A stretch of 64,000 bases of DNA from Candidatus Levyibacteriota bacterium (GCA_036788695.1 DAIQMY010000002.1:130394-194393); one strand, 5' to 3'. Shown: positions 1 through 10,074, counted from the stretch's first letter. The notes: generated from the letters alone by a model not told the origin. Program-made: numbers and translations.

Positions 1-38
1 GATTCGATTTAGTAAGAGAGCTAGTCCGTGCTGGAAGA

Positions 39-575
39 ATGAGTGAGGGAAAAGAACAGCTTGAGATTATTCATAGCAATTTTAATTCAATAATAGATAA
101 ATGTCGTTCTAAAATCAGCTCAGGTCGTGAACTATCTATTATGTCAGGCATGAGTACCGCCTCACTCTTATGTAGTGAGCTTTCCAGAATACACCAGATG
201 TTTGGCGATAGAAATAAGGCACAAGAGCTTGTAGAGTTCCACCATGAATTTGTTCGGAGTTCGCGTGAGTTCATAAGTGAAAAAGAATATAATGGTGCAC
301 TGTGGGTTGTCTTGTCAAATACATTAAGAATACAAGATTATGATGGTGCAATGCGCCTTGCGTCTGAATTTCAGTCTGGTGTGGAAAGATCAAAGATTTA
401 CAATTATCTTGCAAGAAATTTAAGCGGTGAGGATGCATTGCGAGCGCTTAAAAGAGCGGAGGAGGAGGCAAACAGCATAGGGGACGAGCAACTATTGGAA
501 AAAAGCTCTGCCTATCTTTCTATTTCAAACTCTTATTATCAAATAGAAAAAATGCAGAGGATTTATAATGTTTAG
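39..575 (+). CDS. hypothetical protein (predicted alpha-helical, no recognisable motif)
   Basis: Intact 178-aa ORF at the window start. Codon usage is similar to neighbours. No motif recognised. Confidence 0.4.
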   Translation: MSEGKEQLEIIHSNFNSIIDKCRSKISSGRELSIMSGMSTASLLCSELSRIHQMFGDRNKAQELVEFHHEFVRSSREFISEKEYNGALWVVLSNTLRIQDYDGAMRLASEFQSGVERSKIYNYLARNLSGEDALRALKRAEEEANSIGDEQLLEKSSAYLSISNSYYQIEKMQRIYNV

Positions 576-647
576 TAGTTGAATAAGTCAAGCGTATGAG
601 CATCCGATGCTTGCGAGATTTTTCCCTAAGGTGTTATACTAGATAGT

Positions 648-1253
648 ATGCACCACTTACGAAATATCCTTCTAGTTCTTGTATTATTGACAGCGCTTAC
701 CGGTTGCGGTTTTGTTTTTTTCTCAACAAATCTTCGTGAGCAGAAAAAGTTAAATACAACCATTATTTCCCCACAGATTCCACAAGGCATTGCGGAGGCA
801 AAAGAAGAAGTACGTAGTGTTACTTCAAGTGATGGGTTAAAAAAGCTTACCTTAAGCGTTAAATCAGGGGAGGGACTATCTACGTATTCAGTATTGAGTG
901 ATTCTGAAACAACTCCTTTTTACACTGAAACGCTATCACAAAACACATCTTTGGGTCTTCCCGATAATGCTTTTTCTCCAGGCGAGAAGTATTTATTTTT
1001 AGAAAAAAATGGCGGAGGAGTTAAAAATGCACTCGTCTTTGCAACGGATAAGAGCCTTTTTGAAAATAATACGCAGTTTTTAGACGTATACAGCCTGTAT
1101 GCGAGTAAAAATCTACCAAATAAATTTGCGGGCGCAACAGGTTGGGCAGATAGGACACTACTCATTATTGAAACTACAAAAGAAGATGGCACAAAAGGTT
1201 CTAAGTATTGGTTTGATGTTCCTAGTCAGTCGTTTATTCAACTCGCAAGATAA
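648..1253 (+). CDS. putative lipoprotein
   Basis: N-terminal signal peptide with a lipobox-like LTALTGC followed by a Cys. The remainder is Ser/Thr-rich and soluble. Confidence 0.55.
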   Translation: MHHLRNILLVLVLLTALTGCGFVFFSTNLREQKKLNTTIISPQIPQGIAEAKEEVRSVTSSDGLKKLTLSVKSGEGLSTYSVLSDSETTPFYTETLSQNTSLGLPDNAFSPGEKYLFLEKNGGGVKNALVFATDKSLFENNTQFLDVYSLYASKNLPNKFAGATGWADRTLLIIETTKEDGTKGSKYWFDVPSQSFIQLAR

Positions 1254-1267
1254 GCCCCTATTTCAAG

Positions 1268-1603
1268 CTACTTAATATCTAATAGTTCTACTTCAAAAAT
1301 TAAAGTAGCAAAACCAGGAATAACAGGAGGTGCACCTACCTCTCCATAGCCTAAAGTATATGGTATGGTAAGTTTTCTTTTTCCGCCTTTTTTCATATGT
1401 AGTATCCCCATATCCCATCCTTGGATTACGCGTCCTACGCCTATTTTTGTTTCAAATGGTTCATTCCTGTCTACAGAAGAGTCAAATTTTGTTCCATCTT
1501 TGAGCCAGCCTGTATAATGCACTGAAACAGTATTTCCTACTGCTACCTCCTGTCCAGTTCCTACTTTTATATCCTCAATTTTAAATTCATCAGTATTTTC
1601 CAT
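1268..1603 (-). CDS. FKBP-type peptidyl-prolyl cis-trans isomerase
   Basis: FKBP core motifs are present: [38 protein letters not shown] and [14 protein letters not shown]. Confidence 0.85.
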   Translation of the reverse strand: MENTDEFKIEDIKVGTGQEVAVGNTVSVHYTGWLKDGTKFDSSVDRNEPFETKIGVGRVIQGWDMGILHMKKGGKRKLTIPYTLGYGEVGAPPVIPGFATLIFEVELLDIK

Positions 1604-1639
1604 TTTGTAATTATACCATTTTTCAGGTATCTTTGTGTT

Positions 1640-2134
1640 TTGCTAAGCTTTATCCGAGAGTATTTGTGTTATACTGGATCTATGGCTTTTTCAAATGATT
1701 CAAGTCTCATACTTCTTACCTATAAAGGAAAAATACTTCTCATGCTTTTTGAGAATGATCCTTTGATTTTTAACAGTCCTTACTTGATAAAAAATCATAC
1801 GTGGAAATTTATTGGAGGCACAAAAGGAGCGCATGATTCATTTAGAGATTCAATAGTAAAAAAGGTTAGGCGTATTACAGGGGTAAATCTTTCTGAAATT
1901 AACGTGCTTTCAACAATTGTTTCAGGTAAGGAGAAAACATATTTGTACCATGCTAAGCTTTCAGATGAACAGGTGAATAATATAGAGCGGGGAGAAGGAC
2001 ATCTTTTACAATTTTTCTCATTCAAGGAATTGGAGACTCTTCCTCTTTCAGATACCACGAAGCTCTTTATATCAAAAAATAGGGACTTTATGGAGAAAAT
2101 ATACAACAAACCAGCCCTGGATATCAGTAATTAG
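1640..2134 (+). CDS. hypothetical protein, possible degenerate Nudix-like fold
   Basis: The segment [28 protein letters not shown] resembles the Nudix box (GGxVExGE...REvxEEtG), but the catalytic Glu residues are replaced. Weak call. Confidence 0.4.
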   Translation: MLSFIREYLCYTGSMAFSNDSSLILLTYKGKILLMLFENDPLIFNSPYLIKNHTWKFIGGTKGAHDSFRDSIVKKVRRITGVNLSEINVLSTIVSGKEKTYLYHAKLSDEQVNNIERGEGHLLQFFSFKELETLPLSDTTKLFISKNRDFMEKIYNKPALDISN

Positions 2135-2153
2135 CCCTTATCCCATAGTTTTA

Positions 2154-2182
2154 TTGACTTTTCTTCCATTGTCTGTTATACT
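2154..2182 (+). promoter_or_regulatory. sigma70-like promoter candidate upstream of the DEAD-box helicase gene
   Basis: TTGACT at 2154-2159, a 17-nt spacer, then TATACT at 2177-2182. Confidence 0.3.
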
Positions 2183-2319
2183 TATCCATGCTGTACTTTT
2201 GAGATAAAGTACTCTTGATTAGTTTTAGAGAAAGAAAGAACTTCTTATTATTATTTACTTCTTTACATTTTCTCACACTACGTTAAGATTTTAATTCGTT
2301 TCTTCGTACAGCTTTTTAC

Positions 2320-3552
2320 ATGACATACACAAGAGATAGCAGAGGGCGTAGTCCTTCTCGGTTTCAGAAATCATATAGTAGCCAGGGCAGATCCAGGCCG
2401 CAGGGTCAATTTGGCCGTTTCAATGCACAGAGGAGAAGATCGCCAACGTTTTTTAACCCGAGTTCAATAATTTCTCAAAGCACTGTTTCCGAGGCTGTTG
2501 TTGAAACATATACTTCAAAGAATACGTTTGCTGACTTTAAATTACATCCAGAACTAAATAAAAATATAGTGGAAAAGGGTTATATTACTCCAACCCCAAT
2601 TCAGGATCAGGCGATTCCCGTCATACTGGAAGGAAAAGATGTTATCGGAATAGCAAATACCGGAACAGGGAAGACAGCTGCATTTTTGATTCCACTCTTG
2701 CATAAAGTAATTCTTGATAGTTCGTTCAGGGTATTAATTGTTGCCCCTACGCGGGAGCTTGCGGTTCAAATTAGAGACGAACTACGAGAATTTGTTCGCT
2801 CCATGCCAATTTATTCAACCCTTTGTATTGGAGGGTCAAGCACTTACAGGCAAAAACAAGATTTAAGACGTAAGCCAAATTTTGTAATTGGAACGCCTGG
2901 GAGGCTTAAAGATTTTATTCAGGATAGGTCACTCAATTTATCATTATTTTCGTCTGTCGTGTTAGACGAAGCTGATCATATGGTAGACATAGGATTTATT
3001 CATGATATAAAATTTATTGTTTCATTTCTTCCGCCCATTCGCCAGTCATTATTCTTTTCTGCAACAGTGGACGGTAAGGTAAAAGAAGTGCTTCAGGGCT
3101 TTGTTAAAAACCCGATCACAATCTCAGTAAAAAAGCAGGATGCCACATCAAGTGTTAAGCAGGAAGTCGTTCGAATCGAAAAAGGTGCGAATAAAATAGA
3201 TAAGCTACATGACCTTTTAATTCAAAAAGAATTTGAGAAGGTGCTTATTTTTGGAAGAACAAAATGGGGAGTCCAAAAACTTTCAGATGAACTTATTCAA
3301 AGAGGGTTTAAGGTAGGCGCGATTCATGGGAATAAGAACCAAAACCAAAGATTAAGAACTTTATTTGACTTTAAAAATAACAACATACAGGTATTACTTG
3401 CGACTGACGTTGCGTCACGCGGGTTGGATATAGATAACGTGAGTCATGTTATAAATTATGATTTACCCACTTCCTATGAAGATTATATTCATAGAATTGG
3501 AAGAACTGGTAGAGCAGATAAAAAGGGAATAGCTTTGACTTTTCTTGACTAA
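2320..3552 (+). CDS. DEAD-box ATP-dependent RNA helicase
   Basis: Q-motif (TPTPIQ), motif I ANTGTGKTAAF, DEAD box VLDEADHM, SAT motif and HRIGRTGRA are present. The N-terminus is Arg/Ser-rich. Confidence 0.9.
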   Translation: MTYTRDSRGRSPSRFQKSYSSQGRSRPQGQFGRFNAQRRRSPTFFNPSSIISQSTVSEAVVETYTSKNTFADFKLHPELNKNIVEKGYITPTPIQDQAIPVILEGKDVIGIANTGTGKTAAFLIPLLHKVILDSSFRVLIVAPTRELAVQIRDELREFVRSMPIYSTLCIGGSSTYRQKQDLRRKPNFVIGTPGRLKDFIQDRSLNLSLFSSVVLDEADHMVDIGFIHDIKFIVSFLPPIRQSLFFSATVDGKVKEVLQGFVKNPITISVKKQDATSSVKQEVVRIEKGANKIDKLHDLLIQKEFEKVLIFGRTKWGVQKLSDELIQRGFKVGAIHGNKNQNQRLRTLFDFKNNNIQVLLATDVASRGLDIDNVSHVINYDLPTSYEDYIHRIGRTGRADKKGIALTFLD

Positions 3553-3601
3553 TCCCTCATCCCCACTTGACCGCATACAGTAATTTTTCTACTATGTATG
3601 T

Positions 3602-3991
3602 GTGCCTTTATTTAATACCTTTTCTTTGCAATTTAATTACCCTGTTGTAGTTGACAGTATTGGTTTATCTATAGATTTTATAGGGGTTATAACTCTTGCT
3701 TTCGGAGTAATTCTTTCACTGTCTATCTATTTGTCTTCTTTTATTACAAAAAGTAAAAAACCCATTCCTTCCTATAGCTACTTACGGTTTAATTTAGGTA
3801 GAACCATTCTTTTGGGCCTTGAATTTTTTGTTGCAGGAGATATTATCCGCTCAATAGCGACCCCTCCAACGTTTAATTCCGTTTTTATTTTGGCAATTAT
3901 TGTAGCTATTCGGGCATTTTTATCTTGGGAATTTGAAAAGAGAACAGAGGCATACAATGCACTAAATGGCAACAGCTCTCATAGAGAGTAA
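3602..3991 (+). CDS. small integral membrane protein (DUF1622-like?)
   Basis: Two or three predicted TM helices. The family assignment is from memory only. Confidence 0.45.
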   Translation: MPLFNTFSLQFNYPVVVDSIGLSIDFIGVITLAFGVILSLSIYLSSFITKSKKPIPSYSYLRFNLGRTILLGLEFFVAGDIIRSIATPPTFNSVFILAIIVAIRAFLSWEFEKRTEAYNALNGNSSHRE

Positions 3992-3993
3992 TT

Positions 3994-4341
3994 TTATAAT
4001 CCGATTTGTTTCAGGAAGAAAAGCCAAAATTTCCCAAAGAAACCAGCTCTTTTGTATTTCTGCCACCATATTTTCTCTCTTGCGTCTTTACTCCCTGGAA
4101 GCGGGGGCTCCATCCAACATGAGAGAATTATTACCTCATTTTTTGAGTTTCGTTTAAAAATAATAGATATTTCTCTGGATGGAAATTTTTTCCTTCTTTC
4201 TGTTGTATTATTCTTTTTTTGTTCTTGCGCGTCTGGGAATGAATATGTTTCCCATATATCTTTTTTTGTTATTCCTCGCTCAGATATTCTCTGAAGAGCA
4301 TGGTTTGTAAGAATTAGTCCCTGAAATTCATTCTTTTGCAT
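3994..4341 (-). CDS. DUF4258-like protein (toxin-like domain), solo
   Basis: The N-terminal motif HALQRISERGI matches the DUF4258 signature HAxxRMxERGI. No partner antitoxin-sized ORF is adjacent. Confidence 0.4.
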   Translation of the reverse strand: MQKNEFQGLILTNHALQRISERGITKKDIWETYSFPDAQEQKKNNTTERRKKFPSREISIIFKRNSKNEVIILSCWMEPPLPGSKDAREKIWWQKYKRAGFFGKFWLFFLKQIGL

Positions 4342-4360
4342 ATTATGCTATTATAACGTA

Positions 4361-4939
4361 ATGAGAAAAATTATTTTAGCTTCAAGTTCCCCCAGAAGAA
4401 AAGAACTTATGAAATTATTGCAGATACCATTTGAAGTTATTGCAAGCAATTATGATGAAGAATCTGAGAAATTTTCAAATGGAAAGGAAATGGTTGAAGG
4501 ATTATCCTTTAATAAAGCAAAAGTAGTCTCAGACAAATACAAAGACGCTGTGATAATTGCTGCAGATACAGCAGTTGTTTTGGGGGAAACAGTAATAGGA
4601 AAACCAAAAGATATAAAAAACGCCCGTGAAATATTACGTATGCTCAGCGGTACTTCCCACAAAGTTATAACTGGATATACCATTTTTGATAGTAAAACAA
4701 ACCAACATGTGACATCATCTGTAACATCTGGTGTAACTTTTAAGAATGTAACAGATGCAGAAATTAATTATTATCTTGCTCTTGGTGAATATAAAGACAA
4801 AGCAGGTGGGTACGCAGTTCAGGAGGTTGGGGGAGTTTTTGTAGAAGACATACAGGGGGACTTCTTTAATGTTGTGGGGCTTCCATTGAAAGATATACGA
4901 CGAGAGCTTGAAAATTTTGGCATAAAAACCCTCACTTGA
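4361..4939 (+). CDS. maf: Maf-like nucleoside triphosphate pyrophosphatase / septum formation protein
   Basis: Classic Maf N-terminus: MRKIILASSSPRRKELMKLL...FEVIAS, over a conserved length. Confidence 0.9.
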   Translation: MRKIILASSSPRRKELMKLLQIPFEVIASNYDEESEKFSNGKEMVEGLSFNKAKVVSDKYKDAVIIAADTAVVLGETVIGKPKDIKNAREILRMLSGTSHKVITGYTIFDSKTNQHVTSSVTSGVTFKNVTDAEINYYLALGEYKDKAGGYAVQEVGGVFVEDIQGDFFNVVGLPLKDIRRELENFGIKTLT

Positions 4940-4946
4940 GGCGTGC

Positions 4947-7817
4947 TTGAAGGAAGCGCACAATTCCCATATAATTGAGAATATGTTTAAATCGGTAAAC
5001 CCACATATAACCTTCTCAGAGCTTGAAGAGAAAATTTTATCTTATTGGAAAGAAAATAATATCTTTGAGAGGTCAATAAATGAACGGCCAGAAGATATGC
5101 GTTGGACTTTTTTGGATGGACCCCCTTTTGTTACTGGTATGCCGCATTATGGGTCTCTTCTTTCAAGTCTACCAAAAGACCTGTTTGGAAGATACTGGAC
5201 TATGAAAGGATACAGGGTAAGACGCGTTTGGGGATGGGATGGTCATGGGTTGCCTATTGAGAACAAAGTAGAAAATGAACTCAACATCACAAGCAAGAAA
5301 GACATTGAAAAAATAGGAGTGAAGAAGTTTATAGATGAATGTAAAAAATACCTCGATACAATGTCCGCGGAGTGGGAATGGTATGTTGATCATATAGGAC
5401 GGTGGGTGGATTTTAAGCACGCATATAAAACGTGGGATAAGAATTACATGGAGAGTGTAATGTGGGTATTTAAGCAAATGTATGAAAAAAATCTTATATA
5501 CAAAGGTCTTCGGGTATCACTTTATTGTCCCCACTGCGCAACGCCTATCTCAAATTTTGAAGTTGCTATGGATCAGGATAACTATAAAGAGGTTCCGGAT
5601 GCTGCGACAACGTATAAGTATGAACTTGAGGATGAAAGGGGTACATATATTCTTGCATGGTCTACGACTCCATGGAATAAAATTGTCACACCAGCATTGG
5701 CTGTAAATCCAAAATTAGACTACGTGAAGGTTTTACAAAATGGTGAATATTATATACTAGCCAAGTCTACCGTTAAAATTCTTGGGGACTCCGAACCCTT
5801 TAAAATCCTTGAAGAATTTAGTGGAGAGAAGTTGTTGGGTAAAAAATATATTCCTCACTATGATTACTTTAAACACAAGATATCCCCGTCTGAGCGTGCA
5901 TTTATTATTATCCCCGGAAGTTTTGTCACTTCTGATGAAGGTACTGGAGTTGTAACAATTGCAGCATATGGTGTTGAAGACTTGTCAGTGATGAACGACG
6001 AAAAAATTCACAAAGAGATACACGTGGATGAGGAGGGAACAATACTAAAGGAAGTTCCGTTGTTTGGTGGTATGTATTATCTCAAAGCAAATAAGGCGGT
6101 TAATGAAGATCTTTTTAAACGTAATTTAATCTATAAAGATGAAACAATAACACACAGTGTTCCTCTTTGTTGGAGGTGCCACACAAGACTTTATTATGCT
6201 CCAATCAATGCCTGGTATGTTGATGTTCAGAGATTAAAACCACTCATGAAAAAAACCAATGAAGATGTGAACTGGTTTCCTGCCCATTTTAAGCACGGGA
6301 GATTTTTAAAAAGTATGGAAAATGCTCCAGACTGGAACATCTCAAGGAATCGGTATTGGGGAAGCCCTGTTCCTGTATGGGAGTGTGAATCATGCGAAAA
6401 TAGATTTGTTCCTGGTTCTATTTTAGAATTAGAGGAGGCAAGTGGTCAGAAAATAAACGATCTTCATAAACCTGAAATAGATGAGGTTGTAGTTGTCTGT
6501 AGCAAATGTCACGCAGAAATGCACAGAGTATCCGAGGTATTGGACTCTTGGATAGAGGCTGGTAGTGCGTCATTTGCTGAGAGGCATTTCCCATTTAATA
6601 CGGAAGAAAAGTTAGAGAATTTTTTCCCACCTGACTACATAGCAGAATATACCGGGCAAATACGTGCGTGGTTTTATGTTTTGCATGTTATTGGAGCCGC
6701 TCTCTATGATTCTCCCGCATTTAAAAATGTATCTGTGTCTGGAGTTATTATGGGGAGTGACGGTCGGAAGATGAGTAAGAATTTTAAAAATTACCCAGAT
6801 CCTAAGGAAATGCTTGAAAAATATGGAGGAGACGCACTAAGACTATACCTTATGGGAAGTCCGGTCATGAATGGTGAGGATATTCTTATTTCAGAAGATC
6901 AATATAAGCTGCAAGTTCGGGGAATGATGTTAATTCTCTGGAATACGTATAATTTCTTTGTTTCATATGCACTTTCTGATAATTGGAAGGTAAAAAGTAT
7001 CCCGAAAGGCAGTGTGTTTAACCCGTCTCATATACTTGATTCGTGGATTTTATCTAAGCTAAATAATCTCAATTTGGAGATTACAAAATCACTGGATTCC
7101 TATGATACTGTTTCTGCTATTGCAAAAATGCAGGAGTTTATTGCGGATTTTTCTACCTGGTATATTAGAAGAAGTAGAGACAGGGTTGGTCCTGGCGCAG
7201 GATCAAGTGAGGATAAGCAGTCATTTTACCAAACAACATACATAGTACTTACAACAGTAACAAAGCTTTTAGCGCCCATTACCCCTTTTATATCAGAGGA
7301 GATATTTAGGAATTTAACGGATTTGCCCTCTGTTCATCTTGAATTGTGGCCGGAGGCTACGAGCCACTATATGAATCCATCATTGGAGCTTGAAATGAAG
7401 CTTGCTCGTCAGGTAGTAGAGGCTGGTCACGCGATAAGAAAATCAGAAAATATGAAAGTGAAAACTCCACTAAGGAATCTTGCAATTACTATTGCAGGAG
7501 ATTTTTCAAATATACAAGATGCGGTATGGGAAACAGTTTTGGAGGAATTAAATATAAAAAATATTTCAATCAATGATACTGTTTTTTATCCCAAGACAAG
7601 AGTTGAGATATCAGATGAGATGTTGGTAAAAGAAGGAGAAGCTCGGGATATAATACGTAAAATCCAACAGGAAAGGAAGAGTTTAGGCACAAGCCTTTCA
7701 GAGAAAGTAAATGTAGTATTAGATGCGTGGCCAACTGAATTTGAGAACGAAATAAAATCTAAGGCACTTGTTCAGAATTTATCAAAAGGGGCTTTTAAAG
7801 TTAGTAAAATTGAATAA
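4947..7817 (+). CDS. ileS: isoleucine--tRNA ligase, type 2 (eukaryote/archaeal-like)
   Basis: Contains PPFVTGMPHYGS (type-2 HYGH-region variant) and a KMSKN motif (GRKMSKNFKNYPDP). CWRCHTRLYY and ISRNRYWGSPVPVW match the IleRS editing/CP1 and catalytic signatures. The start codon is TTG at 4947, preceded by GAGG 6 nt upstream. An alternative ATG lies at 4983. Confidence 0.8.
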   Translation: MKEAHNSHIIENMFKSVNPHITFSELEEKILSYWKENNIFERSINERPEDMRWTFLDGPPFVTGMPHYGSLLSSLPKDLFGRYWTMKGYRVRRVWGWDGHGLPIENKVENELNITSKKDIEKIGVKKFIDECKKYLDTMSAEWEWYVDHIGRWVDFKHAYKTWDKNYMESVMWVFKQMYEKNLIYKGLRVSLYCPHCATPISNFEVAMDQDNYKEVPDAATTYKYELEDERGTYILAWSTTPWNKIVTPALAVNPKLDYVKVLQNGEYYILAKSTVKILGDSEPFKILEEFSGEKLLGKKYIPHYDYFKHKISPSERAFIIIPGSFVTSDEGTGVVTIAAYGVEDLSVMNDEKIHKEIHVDEEGTILKEVPLFGGMYYLKANKAVNEDLFKRNLIYKDETITHSVPLCWRCHTRLYYAPINAWYVDVQRLKPLMKKTNEDVNWFPAHFKHGRFLKSMENAPDWNISRNRYWGSPVPVWECESCENRFVPGSILELEEASGQKINDLHKPEIDEVVVVCSKCHAEMHRVSEVLDSWIEAGSASFAERHFPFNTEEKLENFFPPDYIAEYTGQIRAWFYVLHVIGAALYDSPAFKNVSVSGVIMGSDGRKMSKNFKNYPDPKEMLEKYGGDALRLYLMGSPVMNGEDILISEDQYKLQVRGMMLILWNTYNFFVSYALSDNWKVKSIPKGSVFNPSHILDSWILSKLNNLNLEITKSLDSYDTVSAIAKMQEFIADFSTWYIRRSRDRVGPGAGSSEDKQSFYQTTYIVLTTVTKLLAPITPFISEEIFRNLTDLPSVHLELWPEATSHYMNPSLELEMKLARQVVEAGHAIRKSENMKVKTPLRNLAITIAGDFSNIQDAVWETVLEELNIKNISINDTVFYPKTRVEISDEMLVKEGEARDIIRKIQQERKSLGTSLSEKVNVVLDAWPTEFENEIKSKALVQNLSKGAFKVSKIE

Positions 7818-7823
7818 AACGAA

Positions 7824-8918
7824 ATGAATACTGTTCTTCGTAGTTTTTCAATTCACAGAGTAGATGTCTTTCTCTTACTTCCGGCGTTAGCACTTGTCGC
7901 AATTAGCCTCGCAACACTCTATTCTTTGGATGTCTCACTTTTTAAACAGCAATTTATGGCTTTATTGCTAGGTCTTATTATTTATTTTGTATTTTTAAAC
8001 GTAAATATACGATACCTAGGTGCTTTCTCAAAGCAGTTGTATATTGGGATACTGATATCCTTAGGACTTTTGTTTATTATTGGTATTGAGGCAAAAGGGG
8101 CAGTTAGGTGGATAGATATTTTTGGAGTTAGGCTTCAATTCTCAGAGGTCTTCAAGCCGTTTTTTATAGTTATTTTATCTCATTTTTTAACGCGCGATGA
8201 ATCTCATTCTTTGGGGAAATTTATTACAGCGCTTATTTTGCTTTTTCCCATTTTTTTCCTTATTTTAAGACAACCTGACCTTGGAAATGCAATTATATAT
8301 TTTCTTGCGGCGTTATTGATGATGCTTGTCTATGGATTTCCTTTCCGGTATTTTTTGTCTCTAGGGTTAGTTATTTTAATTCCAATGCCTATCTTCATAA
8401 GTCTTCTTCATGACTATCAAAGAGCAAGAATATTTTCATTTTTAAATTCCACATCTGATCCCTTTGGCTCTTCATACAACGCAATACAATCGCTTATTTC
8501 AGTGGGCAGTGGAGGAGTGTTTGGTAAAGGTTTTGGGCAGGCGACCCAATCTATCTTACGGTTTTTACCTGAGCGGCACACTGATTTTATTTTTGCCACG
8601 ATATCTGAAAGTCTAGGCTTTATTGGTGGCATAGTGATACTTTCTTTATTTATACTTTTACTATCACATATCTATAGAATCGCCATATCCTCACGCGATC
8701 AGTTCTCCTATCTTATCTCACTTGGTTTTTTCTTTGTTTTACTAATTCATATTTTTTTTAATATAGGCATGAATTTGGGAATTTTGCCGATTGTCGGAAT
8801 AACGCTACCTCTTGTCTCCTATGGAGGGAGTTCTCTTTTGACTAATTTTTTGATTTTAAGCATGTTGTCTTCTCTGCGCTCAGAAGAAAAAAAAGACAAA
8901 CTTTTTGAGATTAAATAG
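7824..8918 (+). CDS. SEDS family peptidoglycan glycosyltransferase (FtsW/RodA)
   Basis: A 10-TM protein with SEDS motifs RWIDIFGVRLQ, PDLGNAI and ERHTDFIFATISESLGFIGG. Confidence 0.85.
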   Translation: MNTVLRSFSIHRVDVFLLLPALALVAISLATLYSLDVSLFKQQFMALLLGLIIYFVFLNVNIRYLGAFSKQLYIGILISLGLLFIIGIEAKGAVRWIDIFGVRLQFSEVFKPFFIVILSHFLTRDESHSLGKFITALILLFPIFFLILRQPDLGNAIIYFLAALLMMLVYGFPFRYFLSLGLVILIPMPIFISLLHDYQRARIFSFLNSTSDPFGSSYNAIQSLISVGSGGVFGKGFGQATQSILRFLPERHTDFIFATISESLGFIGGIVILSLFILLLSHIYRIAISSRDQFSYLISLGFFFVLLIHIFFNIGMNLGILPIVGITLPLVSYGGSSLLTNFLILSMLSSLRSEEKKDKLFEIK

Positions 8919-8924
8919 TGAAAA

Positions 8925-9611
8925 TTATTTTGGAAGTTTTTGGGGGGAGTCTACATGCTTTATAAGTTTTATCGAGTTGATCCCATGTTCTGTATCAATT
9001 CCCTTCTTGTGCATATCTTCTGACCAGTTATAGATGCTATACTTTGGAATGTTAATTTGAATAAATTCTCCGATGAATGTGCCGTCACTAGAGGATAGCA
9101 TGCTCCAGATCTTATTCATGGCGTATAAGAAGTAAAGGGGGTCTTGGGGTAGGTGAGCTACGCCTGCGTAGCCACGCTCAAGAATTAGATTAGCTTTTTT
9201 ATCTCCCAGTGTTTTTTTAATATTATCCCACGTGGACGGCTTTCCCAAATCTCCGACTAAATGGGTAACATGGAGTCTCCTATCTATTTCACGCATATTA
9301 TCTGGCCTTAAGTCTTCAAGTGCAACTGAAATTCCTTTCATATCCTTTTCTAAGGTATGTAAGAATAAACCGCGGATTGCAGAGGATGAAGATAATAAGT
9401 CTATTACCACGGGGTTTTCTATTTTGGCTACATTTTCAATTGAGCTTTTAAATTCAGAAAAATGTTTTTTGTAAGTGTTGTGATCACTGTCATAAATTGG
9501 CCACGTTTTAATACTTGCAGTTTTCTTCCGCGATTCTCTCATAGAGTGCACAACTCGTGTTAAATCCTTTTTTGTTATTGCAATTTGTTCTCTATTTGTC
9601 TCAATCCTCAT
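8925..9611 (-). CDS. hypothetical protein, possible 2H-phosphoesterase-like
   Basis: Two H-x-S/T-x motifs (KHFSEF and LHVTHL) are spaced about 65 aa apart, as in the LigT/2H family. Weak call. Confidence 0.4.
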   Translation of the reverse strand: MRIETNREQIAITKKDLTRVVHSMRESRKKTASIKTWPIYDSDHNTYKKHFSEFKSSIENVAKIENPVVIDLLSSSSAIRGLFLHTLEKDMKGISVALEDLRPDNMREIDRRLHVTHLVGDLGKPSTWDNIKKTLGDKKANLILERGYAGVAHLPQDPLYFLYAMNKIWSMLSSSDGTFIGEFIQINIPKYSIYNWSEDMHKKGIDTEHGINSIKLIKHVDSPQKLPK

Positions 9612-9693
9612 TTTGACGCATTATACAATGTTACTCTTTTGTTTTGCAAAAAGAGCTTGTATTTGGGCATGATTTTCTGTACAATATGTACTT

Positions 9694-10020
9694 ATGGAAT
9701 ACGCAATAGTTGAATCTGGGGGTAAACAATACAAAGTTATGCCTGGAATGAAATTGGAGTTAGACAATTTAGGTCTTACTGAGGGGGAATTTGAGTTCAA
9801 AAATGTTCTCTTTTCAGTTTCTGCAGAAGATGTACACATAGGGATGCCATATATTGCAGGCATGAGCGTTAAGGCAAAGATTTTAGGGTCTGCAAAGGGC
9901 GATAAGGTGCGAGTATCTAAATTTAAGGCTAAATCAAGATATAGAAAAACAATTGGATTTAGAGCGAGCCTAACTACTGTAGAGATTTTACCCTTTAGTG
10001 AAAAGCCTAAGAAAAAATAG
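9694..10020 (+). CDS. rplU: 50S ribosomal protein L21
   Basis: N-terminus MEYAIVESGGKQYKV is a typical L21 start. Confidence 0.9.
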   Translation: MEYAIVESGGKQYKVMPGMKLELDNLGLTEGEFEFKNVLFSVSAEDVHIGMPYIAGMSVKAKILGSAKGDKVRVSKFKAKSRYRKTIGFRASLTTVEILPFSEKPKKK

Positions 10021-10045
10021 TAATTGTTGATATATTTGCGCCCAC

Positions 10046-10074
10046 TTGACAAGTATAAATGCATGCGATACTAT
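10046..10074 (+). promoter_or_regulatory. sigma70-like promoter upstream of rpmA
   Basis: TTGACA at 10046-10051, a 17-nt spacer, then TACTAT at 10069-10074. An AGGAG SD lies upstream of the ATG at 10143. Confidence 0.4.

Noticed and set aside
5169-5477. 102-aa minus-strand ORF inside ileS
   Set aside because: It is antisense within a conserved aminoacyl-tRNA synthetase gene and has no motifs.
9621-10064. 147-aa ORF on the minus strand
   Set aside because: It lies entirely antisense to the well-supported rplU gene. Its low-complexity composition suggests a spurious shadow ORF.
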